The notes under the pieces are model-generated. The model ran no database searches. It was not told the origin of the DNA and saw only the letters and a list, made by a program, of their open reading frames with translations. A DNA stretch of 64,000 nt from Eledone cirrhosa (Eukaryota). Of the stretch, positions 29,874 through 42,620 are shown one piece after another (positions within the stretch are counted from its first letter, which is position 1; every line of letters begins with the position of its first letter). The stretch spans positions 15,810,001 through 15,874,000 of the forward strand of contig OZ024754.1 in NCBI GenBank assembly GCA_964016885.1, in the 5' to 3' direction. A program made the position numbers and the translations under genes.

Positions 29874-31554
29874 GTAAATATTATTTCATCTTTGATTTTC
29901 ATCCGTAGATCGATTGTTTCTTACATTACTCATCAATATTTAAGAAAATTCTCTATCATCACAAACACAAAATAATTCATTTATGAAATTCGATTCTAGT
30001 TATACAAAGGTCACATTGAGAAAGAATGTCACGTAACTACTTTCACATTGATCATAACTTGGAATTATTCATTTTTGTTTTCTCTTTCCATCATTGTCAA
30101 TTCCCGCTTAATATTCAAATAAAACTAACTTCCTAACTTAGTTGGTGTCAAGAAAACCGTTAGTATAAACGCTCGTGTGGTTTATATATGAATTTTTATT
30201 TCAATTTACTTCAGATTTGGTTTTTACAGTCACCCTCGCTACATACTCATCAAGCCTAATTCTACATTAAATACCAACCATAGCTATTCTACCACCACTA
30301 CATAGCTATTCTTATACAACCACTACCACATAGCTATTCTTATACAACCACTACCACCACCACTACTACTACATAGCTATTCTGAATATGTTATTTAAAA
30401 CATGTAAAACTTGCGATCAAATTTAAACCATTTTAGTGTTAGAATAGAAATTAAATTAATTTCCATTCAGAGACCGAAACAATTTAAAGCTTATGACAAC
30501 ATCTACACTTTACTTTCTTTAAAGTATGGACTACTAAGTTGAGTAATAGTCTTACTAGTCTTTAATTAGTAACATCTAATCTATTTTAAGTATATAACAA
30601 AATTGAATGACCTCTCGTTCTTTCGATTGCTTTCATTGCCACACGCTTAATCCGTTTCTCTTTCATTTTCGGTTATGTAAGTCAAGGGTTATTGAATGTC
30701 ACCTAACAATATTGTCAAAGACAATAGATGAGATTGTTGCTGTAACCTCCTTTCTAGCAATTTTTCTTGTCGCTCTCTGAAAATGATAAAATTGCTTTTG
30801 AAGTTGGGAATTAGCTATTAAATATTTTTCCATGTAGAAATTCTGTGTGTTATATAGATGGAAGGGCGATTGGTGCGGTTATAGACATTTTTCGTTTTTG
30901 ATGGATTCGTGGTGTCATATAAGGCTGAGATCAACTTTGCCTTTCACCCTTTCGAGGTTGATAAAATATAAGTGTGGCAGAATCCTTATAGAGTTGAACA
31001 AGTCTTTGCGGTACATAGTTCCGGCTCTTTATCTTCCGGGACTTGTTTTTTACATGGTCGGTAAACTAAAGTGCCAATGAAATTTTGGGACCGATTAAAT
31101 CGATAACTCCCTCCGAAAACATTGCTGGCCTTGTGTCTAAATTAGGAATTATTATTATTATTATTATATACAACAGTTAGAATGGTATTAAGCTTCTTCT
31201 TTTTTGGTTTGTTGTTGAGGGTCGATAAAATAAAATACCAGTCAAATTATAGCAGGTGGGTTGATATTCGACTTTCATCACTCTAAACTGCTGGCCATGT
31301 GCCTAAATTATCGTTACGAGGAAGGGAGGTGAATTAGCAGAATCGGTAAGGCGTCGGATAAATTACTTTGTGGTGATTACAACATCTTGAGCTCAAATCT
31401 TGTCGAAGTCAACTTTGCTTTTCATCTTTACTTTGTCGGTATAATTGACTTTCTATTCCCTCAAAATTTAGATCATTCAGTTTGAAAAATGGATTAATTT
31501 AGCACTTCTCTTTTATAACACATGTTAAGGATTGGCGCTTAGTCACTGACACAT

Positions 31555-32078
<524 letters not shown>

Positions 32079-32297
32079 AGTAAGAATATTTTCGAAACAG
32101 CGGAGTGGGTTTGAAATTATTAGAAATGTAAGCTATCGCGGTATTTTGACTAAAGAAATTAAAGAAATTATTTAGCCTGATAGTGGGGTTAATAACTCTC
32201 GGAAAAATGTAAAAAGATGAGTATTGACGTTATGTGTGTGTGTGTATATATATATATATTGACGTTATGTATATATATATATACATAAGGCTAGGTA

Positions 32298-32349
<52 letters not shown>

Positions 32350-33978
32350 CCTAGCCTTATGTAATACAGCTTTACATAAGCTTTTTCTAATGATCAGGAT
32401 ATATTAGTTTTGTGTTTCAAATGTTATTTCTGAGTTCAAATCCCGCCGAGGTTCACTTTGCCTTTCATCAGGGTCGATAAAATAGAGTACCAGTAATGTA
32501 CTGGGTAATTGCTGGCCTTGTGCCAAAAGTAGAAAGTTATTTATTTGTAAAATACTTTAAAGCTTTCGATGTTTCCTGCAACGTGTGACATTGAAAAGCA
32601 TGAATGGAAGAAGATTTCTAAGGTTATTTTAATATAGTTTGAAATGTCTATTCTATATCGGTTTCCAATGCTGATTTGATATTCTGCTTTCCTAGCAGAA
32701 TGACAAAATCGTATTTTCTCCTCTATGTGGCACGTTTCTTGCATCCCGCAAATTATTTAAATGGTATTTCTTTGTTTCATTTATATCGCTGGTATGTCAA
32801 ATGACATATTTCGCAGCATTTCCACATGTTTGTGACATTCCTGGCAATTGTGATGATTTTCTAGAAATATAATGGAGAAAATCCTCGGACAAAAACCCCA
32901 CTCAGTAAAAAATTAAACCGTTAAAATACAATCGATTTTGTTTTGTTTTACTATATATGGGGATTTTATCCGATAGGAGAGGAAATCTTATAGTATCCTT
33001 AACGGAACTCGACATTATAGTGTTCCAAACCAACTGGGGTTTTTTTGTTTTTTTCCTCAAAACTTTTAGTAATATGTTGTAGATATTATATTGATTATAT
33101 ATGTTGTAGATATTATATTGATTATATATGTTGTAGATATTATATTGATTGAATTAAAATAATAAATTATTTTTTAAATACTTAGTTCCGTTTGTTAATG
33201 CTCTTTCATTCACTGAATAATTTTTATTTGAGTTTATAGCACCATTCCTTCCAATTTCATCTTAATAAATATTTTTAATCAGGATAATGTCAGATTTTAT
33301 ACTGGAACACAATGTCATTTCTACAACTATAGATGGTGGTGGGGAAATTAGTAATATTTTTTTTTAATTTCGTGAACATAATTGGAAAATGTATCTCTAC
33401 AAGATTCCATTTAATATATACACTGGGAGATCGCACTCATTTGTAGTTATGCATGGAACTCTTCGTTTAAGAACCTTTACACCTTATTTTAAAATGTGTC
33501 ATTTTATGTGTTAATGACATTTCTTTCGCCATTGAAAATGAAATGTTATTTTAAACATAAGTTATTGTCCATCGTGACCGTCGTTGACCTGTATCAGTTA
33601 AGCAGCATCAAAGCAACTCTTCACCTGTTTTGAAGGTCAAGTCAAATATTTCGATTCTTTTTATTCACTTACTAAATGTCTTCTTCGAAGGACGGCGATG
33701 TATTCGTTTCACGCACATTCAGGTCCTAATAATGGGGAGAGGACTAATTTTTCTAGGTTTAGGTTGTCTCCGTTGGTTTTTTTTTTTAATCAACAATTAT
33801 TCGAGACCCGAGAGTAGACCGCAATCGCCATACATAATAAAACCAACGGTATCAAATTGATCTGTATTTGTAAATTCTGAACTATTATCAACAAAAGAAA
33901 ATATCGCTAAACTGCATGACATCAGTTCATGTTTTCCGCGTATCTACGGGTATCTTGTGCATATGTAAATTTAGAATG

Positions 33979-34644
33979 GGCATACATGACTTTTAACGGT
34001 CTGAAAATTGAAAGTAAATTTATTTTCATTTTCGAACGTCGTGTTTAGATTTAAATTAGTTACTGAGATTAAAGACAAAATCAGAGCCTCTGTCGTTTAT
34101 ATACTGATTATATATATATATCAGAAGATCCCGTTAAGGGTGAAAGCAGCGATTCTTTGCTTAAACTTTAATCTGTTATTTTAATATATATATATATATG
34201 TGTGTGTGTGTGTAGTTGACCGTTGAGAGAAGAGTACTCAATACCGAGGTAATCTTGTAATGAGGCTTGCAGAATGGTGAGTCCGCCATTCTGGACGCTG
34301 CTGCCTTGCAGAAGTCCCAAATCGAAGCTGTGACACTCTCGTCCCCCATCATTCAGCAGTGGATTTTGCCAGGCAGCCGCATCACCTCCGATGGTTGGGC
34401 TTCCTATTCGGAAATTGAAGGTGGGATTTACGTTTATGATGTTGTGGTGCACGAACGGAACTTTGTAGATCCTGCGGGCCCTGATGTCCACACACAACTC
34501 ATAGAGAACACGTGGAGCCGTGCAAAGAAGAAGTTTCGTCGCCAGCATGTTTCGTTTAAACACACACACAAAATGTAAACACGACATTCGAAAATGAAAA
34601 TAAATTTACTTTCATTATTGCGACCGCTAAAAGTCATGTATGCC
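33979..34644 (+). mobile_element. Merlin (IS1016/IS1595-like) DNA transposon, internally deleted
   Basis: TIRs GGCATACATGACTTTTA.CGGTC, 9-bp TSD TTTAGAATG (33970-33978 and 34645-34653), and a transposase remnant PIIQQWILPGSRITSDGWASY...VVHERNFVDP...VHTQLIENTWSRAK. Confidence 0.9.
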
Positions 34645-35593
34645 TTTAGAATGATTTATTTGTAAAGAAAATGTTTAAGATTAAAGTATTTCATCGATTG
34701 GGGACTGCCGTCTACTTAAAACGAAAGAACACCACCCCCACCTCACGCCGGACAATTTTTCACACTTCACAATTGCTTATTTTCAAAAATATTTAAAAAT
34801 CATAGGCAGTGTCTTTCATCAGAAATATAATTACGAAAGGATTACATATATTGTATTTTGATAGGGTCATGTTCTCAATTAAAACACACGTACCTTACTA
34901 AGGTTCACTTCAGTATTATTAATCCATCAATCAGTTGGTTGTTCAAATAATTAATTAATTGTCAAAGTCCTTTTGTCACAATCTGTGACCTTTCCGGTGA
35001 CTCTTGTATCTCGACTTGGCCTTTGCTTCAACTTTACTCCATTGTTGTATTTTTGATATTGTCATGAAAAATCTAATTAGTTTTTGAAGTGTGGAGTTTG
35101 TAATTTTGACAATATTAAATGGTTTTGTTGGTACCGTGACAAAAAAAATCCAGCGCACACTGTAAAGTAATTGGCGTTATGAAAGGCATTCAGCCGTAGA
35201 AACCAAGCATAAAACAGATCCATATGAGCAAGATATAGTCACCTAACCTGACCTGACTTCTCATAATATAGTAGCCTAAATAGACACTAAACGAGGATAT
35301 TGTTTATGTAGTGTGACTATATCCTGGTTGTGTTTTGAGCTTTTGAAAGAAACTAGTTCATTATGTATCAATTGTCGTGTTTTTTTTTTAAGTCTCTTTA
35401 TGGACGCCTTAGAAGTTGTGTGAGAATTGTTTATGTTGTATATGCATGATGTCCATGATTGGTGTAGTGAAGGCACATGGCTTTGTGGTTAAGGAGTTGG
35501 ACTCATGATTTATAAGGTTTGATTCTCAGACTGTGTGGTGGCATGGCACTTTGTTTCACATCATTCCAGTCCACTAAGCTGGTAAAAATAAGT

Positions 35594-38500
35594 TGCATTG
35601 ACACTGGTCTTGGAAGTGTAGCTGCATACCATTGTCACATGTTCAATCTACACCTACTGCCAAACCCTGCATTGACACTGGTCTTGGAAGTGTAGCTGCA
35701 TACCATTGTCACATGTTCAATCTACACTTACTGCCAAACCCTGCATTGACACTGGTCTTGGAAGTGTAGCTGCATACCATTGTCACATGTTCAATCTACA
35801 CCTACTGCCAAACCCTGCATTGACACTGGTCTTGGAAGTGTAGCTGCATACCATTGTCACATGTTCAATCTACACCTACTGCCAAACCCTGCATTGACAC
35901 TGGTCTTGGAAGTGTAGCTGCATACCATTGTCACATGTTCAATCTACACTTACTGCCAAACCCTGCATTGACACTGGTCTTGGAAGTGTAGCTGCATACC
36001 ATTGTCACATGTTCAATCTACACTTACTGCCAAACCCTGCATTGACACTGGTCTTGGAAGTGTAGCTGCATACCATTGTCACATGTTCAATCTACACCTA
36101 CTGCCAAACCCTGCATTGACACTGGTCTTGGAAGTGTAGCTGCATACCATTGTCACATGTTCAATCTACACTTACTGCCAAACCCTGCATTGACACTGGT
36201 CTTGGAAGTGTAGCTGCATACCATTGTCACATGTTCAATCTACACTTACTGCCAAACCCTGCATTGACACTGGTCTTGGAAGTGTAGCTGCATACCATTG
36301 TCACATGTTCAATCTACACCTACTGCCAAACCCTGCATTGACACTGGTCTTGGAAGTGTAGCTGCATACCATTGTCACATGTTCAATCTACACCTACTGC
36401 CAAACCCTGCATTGACACTGGTCTTGGAAGTGTAGCTGCATACCATTGTCACATGTTCAATCTACACTTACTGCCAAACCCTGCATTGACACTGGTCTTG
36501 GAAGTGTAGCTGCATACCATTGTCACATGTTCAATCTACACTTACTGCCAAACCCTGCATTGACACTGGTCTTGGAAGTGTAGCTGCATACCATTGTCAC
36601 ATGTTCAATCTACACCTACTGCCAAACCCTGCATTGACACTGGTCTTGGAAGTGTAGCTGCATACCATTGTCACATGTTCAATCTACACTTACTGCCAAA
36701 CCCTGCATTGACACTGGTCTTGGAAGTGTAGCTGCATACCATTGTCACATGTTCAATCTACACTTACTGCCAAACCCTGCATTGACACTGGTCTTGGAAG
36801 TGTAGCTGCATACCATTGTCACATGTTCAATCTACACCTACTGCCAAACCCTGCATTGACACTGGTCTTGGAAGTGTAGCTGCATACCATTGTCACATGT
36901 TCAATCTACACTTACTGCCAAACCCTGCATTGACACTGGTCTTGGAAGTGTAGCTGCATACCATTGTCACATGTTCAATCTACACTTACTGCCAAACCCT
37001 GCATTGACACTGGTCTTGGAAGTGTAGCTGCATACCATTGTCACATGTTCAATCTACACCTACTGCCAAACCCTGCATTGACACTGGTCTTGGAAGTGTA
37101 GCTGCATACCATTGTCACATGTTCAATCTACACTTACTGCCAAACCCTGCATTGACACTGGTCTTGGAAGTGTAGCTGCATACCATTGTCACATGTTCAA
37201 TCTACACTTACTGCCAAACCCTGCATTGACACTGGTCTTGGAAGTGTAGCTGCATACCATTGTCACATGTTCAATCTACACCTACTGCCAAACCCTGCAT
37301 TGACACTGGTCTTGGAAGTGTAGCTGCATACCATTGTCACATGTTCAATCTACACTTACTGCCAAACCCTGCATTGACACTGGTCTTGGAAGTGTAGCTG
37401 CATACCATTGTCACATGTTCAATCTACACTTACTGCCAAACCCTGCATTGACACTGGTCTTGGAAGTGTAGCTGCATACCATTGTCACATGTTCAATCTA
37501 CACCTACTGCCAAACCCTGCATTGACACTGGTCTTGGAAGTGTAGCTGCATACCATTGTCACATGTTCAATCTACACTTACTGCCAAACCCTGCATTGAC
37601 ACTGGTCTTGGAAGTGTAGCTGCATACCATTGTCACATGTTCAATCTACACTTACTGCCAAACCCTGCATTGACACTGGTCTTGGAAGTGTAGCTGCATA
37701 CCATTGTCACATGTTCAATCTACACCTACTGCCAAACCCTGCATTGACACTGGTCTTGGAAGTGTAGCTGCATACCATTGTCACATGTTCAATCTACACC
37801 TACTGCCAAACCCTGCATTGACACTGGTCTTGGAAGTGTAGCTGCATACCATTGTCACATGTTCAATCTACACTTACTGCCAAACCCTGCATTGACACTG
37901 GTCTTGGAAGTGTAGCTGCATACCATTGTCACATGTTCAATCTACACCTACTGCCAAACCCTGCATTGACACTGGTCTTGGAAGTGTAGCTGCATACCAT
38001 TGTCACATGTTCAATCTACACTTACTGCCAAACCCTGCATTGACACTGGTCTTGGAAGTGTAGCTGCATACCATTGTCACATGTTCAATCTACACCTACT
38101 GCCAAACCCTGCATTGACACTGGTCTTGGAAGTGTAGCTGCATACCATTGTCACATGTTCAATCTACACTTACTGCCAAACCCTGCATTGACACTGGTCT
38201 TGGAAGTGTAGCTGCATACCATTGTCACATGTTCAATCTACACCTACTGCCAAACCCTGCATTGACACTGGTCTTGGAAGTGTAGCTGCATACCATTGTC
38301 ACATGTTCAATCTACACTTACTGCCAAACCCTGCATTGACACTGGTCTTGGAAGTGTAGCTGCATACCATTGTCACATGTTCAATCTACACCTACTGCCA
38401 AACCCTGCATTGACACTGGTCTTGGAAGTGTAGCTACATACCATTGTCACATGTTCAATCTACACTTACTGCCAAACCCTGCATTGACACTGGTCTTGGA

Positions 38501-38923
38501 AGTGTAGCTGCATACCATTGTCACATGTTCAATCTACACTTACTGCCAAACCCTGCATTGACACTGGTCTTGGAAGTGTAGCTACATACCATTGTCACAT
38601 GTTCAATCTACACTTACTGCCAAACCCTGCATTGACACTGGTCTTGGAAGTGTAGCTACATACCATTGTCACATGTTCAATCTACACTTACTGCCAAACC
38701 CTGCATTGACACTGGTCTTGGAAGTGTAGCTGCATACCATTGTCACATGTTCAATCTACACTTACTGCCAAACCCTGCATTGACACTGGTCTTGGAAGTG
38801 TAGCTGCATACCATTGTCACATGTTCAATCTACACTTACTGCCAAACCCTGCATTGACACTGGTCTTGGAAGTGTAGCTGCATACCATTGTCACATGTTC
38901 AATCTACACCTACTGCCAAACCC
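35594..38923. repeat. 74-bp minisatellite, ~45 copies
   Basis: Unit tgcattgacactggtcttggaagtgtagctgcataccattgtcacatgttcaatctacac(c/t)tactgccaaaccc; successive units start at 35594, 35668 and so on, with no spacers. Confidence 0.97.
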
Positions 38924-39092
38924 ATCACCTAAACTTGTTTGAATTGACTATGTAAATAATTGTTTCTACTTTAGGCACAAGGCCAGCAATTATCCCAGTG
39001 TATTACTGGTACTTTATATTATCGACCCAGTAAGGATGAAAGGCAAAGTTAACCTCGGCGGGATTTGAACTCGGGACGCAACTGTGCTGCAA

Positions 39093-39406
39093 AGCATGGC
39101 GTCCGACCCTCTACCGATACTGCCAATCCACCGCCCTAGCATGGCGTCCGACCCTCTACCGATACTGCCAATCCACCGCCCTAGCATGGCGTCCGACCCT
39201 CTACCGATACTGCCAATCCACCACCCTAGCATGGCGTCCGACCCTCTACCGATACTGCCAATCCACCGCCCTAGCATGGCGTCCGACCCTCTACCGATAC
39301 TGCCAATCCACCGCCCTAGCATGGCGTCCGACCCTCTACCGATACTGCCAATCCACCACCCTAGCATGGCGTCCGACCCTCTACCGATACTGCCAATCCA
39401 CCGCCC
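39093..39406 (-). repeat. 45-bp tandem amplification (7 copies) of the SINE family A 5' head
   Basis: Unit agcatggcgtccgaccctctaccgatactgccaatccaccgccct, continuous with the SINE body at 38958-39092. Confidence 0.92.
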
Positions 39407-40939
39407 ATGACTGTAAATAATGTAAGTCATGAAAGACTTTTTCAGCTCACTGTAGCGACTTTGCCTGGTTTGGTGGTATTGTGTGTATTGGGCATAGGAA
39501 CTGTGGAGCCACCAGGGTCAGAGACATCTGTATCGGTAGAGAGTCAGACGCCATGCTTTCCAGCATAGTTACGTCCCTTTACAGTCTGAGTTCAAATCCC
39601 GCCGAGGTTTTACACACTTGTTTCTATGTTCACTGCCACTGTGTGACACCTTAGGAAAGTGTCTTCTACTATAGTCTCAAGTTGATCAGTGTTATGTGAG
39701 TTAAATTTGGTAGACAGAAACTGTGTGGAAGCTCATATGTTTGTGTCTCTCTGACTTAATGGTTCGACAAAAAGATATCAATAAAATAAGTACCAGACTT
39801 GAAGAAATATAAGAAGTGAGGTCAATATGATAGACTAAATCCTTCAGCATGGCCGCAGTCTAATAACTGAAAGCAATAAAAGAGTAGTTACTTTATATTT
39901 GATTTATTATATTAAAACTGATTATTCCTATCTTTATAGTTTCTTGGTCAAACCCTGCTCTGGCTGGTGAAAATTGCTAGCACTACCACTGTCTTTTCAC
40001 ATGAAAACTACCCTGGTTCTACAATACAAATCTGTTTATTTCAAAGTGTTTTTGTTCATCTAATATCCTTTCATCATAATCTTATGTTAGAATCTTTGTT
40101 GAGTTCCAGACACTTGTTTAATAATGAGGAAGTTAGATATATTACGAAATCCCTCCAAATCCTTAGCTATTTTCAAAACAGTATTCAATACACAAAGTAG
40201 AGTTACAATGAATATTCTGTGGCTTTTTGTGGTTATGAAAACAAAAGGAAGGGAAAAGCTAGAGCTCTAGGGTAACAGAAGAATGGGGGGGGGGGGGGGG
40301 GGGGGTCTGGGCCTAGGGCACAGCGGTTTTGGGGCTGCGCCCTGCGGACATGTTTGTAAAAGTTAAGTAAATGAAATAGGGGGTCTTTAATTAGAAATAT
40401 GATAATGAGAGGGTTAAAGTAAATGAAATAGAAATATGATAATAATAATAATAATAATGAAAATATTGTGTACAGTGTTCAGGTGCACTACAACTCATCA
40501 AAAATGCATGCATAGTACATAGGGCAATGCACAAACGTCTGGAAAATGAACAGTGCATGAGTTGTGATATACAATGAGAGGGTTAAGTAAATGAAATAGG
40601 GGGGGGGGGGTCTTTAATTAGAAATATGATAATGAGAGGGTTAAGAAATTGAAATAGAGGGTTGTTAATTAGAAATATGGTTATCAGTTAAATAATTGGA
40701 ATCGGTCATTTATTAGAGATAATATGTAACAGGAAGTTAAGAGGTTCATAGTTCAACAATATAATTTAACAAAGCACAGGTAAATATCTTCTAATCAATA
40801 TACTAAGTGGTCTTTTATCAACAATTTCCTGGAGTGCATTTAGCTTTTAATCCATTATCTTTCAACCATTAACAATTGCCTATTAAGTAACTCATGATCT
40901 TAATAATCTGACACTCATTAATGTTTTGTTTTGTTTTTG

Positions 40940-42620
40940 TGCTATAATAAAACACACCCAGTACTCTCTGTTAAGCTGTAGAGCTGGTGCTATGATAAAA
41001 CACACCCAGTACTCTCTGTTAAGCTGTAGTGCTGGTGCTATGATAAAACACACCCAGTACTCTCTGTTAAGCTGTAGTGCTGGTGCTATGATAAAACACA
41101 CCCAGTACTCTCTGTTAAGCTGTAGTGCTGGTGCTATGATAAAACACACCCAGTACTCTCTGTTAAGCTGTAGTGCTGGTGCTATGATAAAACACACCCA
41201 GTACTCTCTGTTAAGCTGTAGTGCTGGTGCTATGATAAAACACACCCAGTACACTCTGTTAAGCTGTAGTGCTGGTGCTATGATAAAACACACCCAGTAC
41301 TCTCTGTTAAGCTGTAGTGCTGGTGCTATGATAAAACACACCCAGTACACTCTGTTAAGCTGTAGAGCTGGTGCTATGATAAAACACACCCAGTACACTC
41401 TGTTAAGCTGTAGAGCTGGTGCTATGATAAAACACACCCAGTACTCTCTGTTAAGCTGTAGTGCTGGTGCTATGATAAAACACACCCAGTACACTCTGTT
41501 AAGCTGTAGTGCTGGTGCTATGATAAAACACACCCAGTACTCTCTGTTAAGCTGTAGAGCTGGTGCTATGATAAAACACACCCAGTACACTCTGTTAAGC
41601 TGTAGTGCTGGTGCTATGATAAAACACACCCAGTACTCTCTGTTAAGTGTACTGGTACTATGTTAAAACACACCCAGTACACTCTGTTAAGCTGTAGTGC
41701 TGGTGCTATGATAAAACACACCCAGTACACTCTGTTAAGCTGTAGAGCTGGTGCTATGTTAAAACACACCCAGTACACTCTGTTAAGCTGTAGTGCTGGT
41801 GCTATGATAAAACACACCCAGTACACTCTGTTAAGCTGTAGTGCTGGTGCTATGTTAAAACACACCCAGTACACTCTGTTAAGCTGTAGAGCTGGTGCTA
41901 TGTTAAAACACACCCAGTACACTCTGTTAAGCTGTAGTGCTGGTGCTATGATAAAACACACCCAGTACACTCTGTTAAGCTGTAGTGCTGGTGCTATGTT
42001 AAAACACACCCAGTACACTCTGTTAAGCTGTAGTGCTGGTGCTATGATAAAACACACCCAGTACACTCTGTTAAGCTGTAGAGCTGGTGCTATGATAAAA
42101 CACACCCAGTACACTCTGTTAAGCTGTAGTGCTGGTGCTATGATAAAACACACCCAGTACACTCTGTTAAGCTGTAGTGCTGGTGCTATGATAAAACACA
42201 CCCAGTACACTCTGTTAAGCTGGAGTGCTGGTGCTATGTTAAAACACACCCAGTACACTCTGTTAAGCTGTAGAGCTGGTGCTATGATAAAACACACCCA
42301 GTACACTCTGTTAAGCTGTAGTGCTGGTGCTATGATAAAACACACCCAGTACTCTCTGTTAAGTGTACTGGTACTATGTTAAAACACACCCAGTACAGCT
42401 GTAGTGCTGGTGCTATGTTAAAACACACCCAGTACACTCTGTTAAGTGTGCTGGTGCTATGATAAAACACACCCAGTACTCTCTGTTAAGTGTACTGGTA
42501 CTATGATGAAACAAACCCAGTACACTCTGATAAGCTGTAGTGCTGGTGCTATGATAAAACAGACCCACTACATTCAGTTAAGTTGTAGTGCTAGGGCCAT
42601 GATAAAATGCAACTAAAACA
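40940..42620. repeat. 48-bp minisatellite, ~35 copies
   Basis: Unit tgctatgataaaacacacccagtac(a/t)ctctgttaagctgtag(t/a)gctgg, degenerating at the right end. Confidence 0.97.

Noticed and set aside
34267-34578. Bacterial IS1595 insertion or horizontal transfer
   Set aside because: TIRs and the 9-bp TSD fit eukaryotic Merlin elements embedded in host repeats.
35594-38923. CRISPR-like regular array
   Set aside because: Units are contiguous and near-identical with no unique spacers, there are no cas genes, and the context is eukaryotic.
39014-39430. 15-aa repeat ORFs on both strands
   Set aside because: They are translations of the tandem SINE head, not protein genes.
40892-42382. Four ~240-aa repeat-protein ORFs
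   Set aside because: They are a by-product of a 48-bp unit, are interrupted by shortened units, and have no start context or exon signals.
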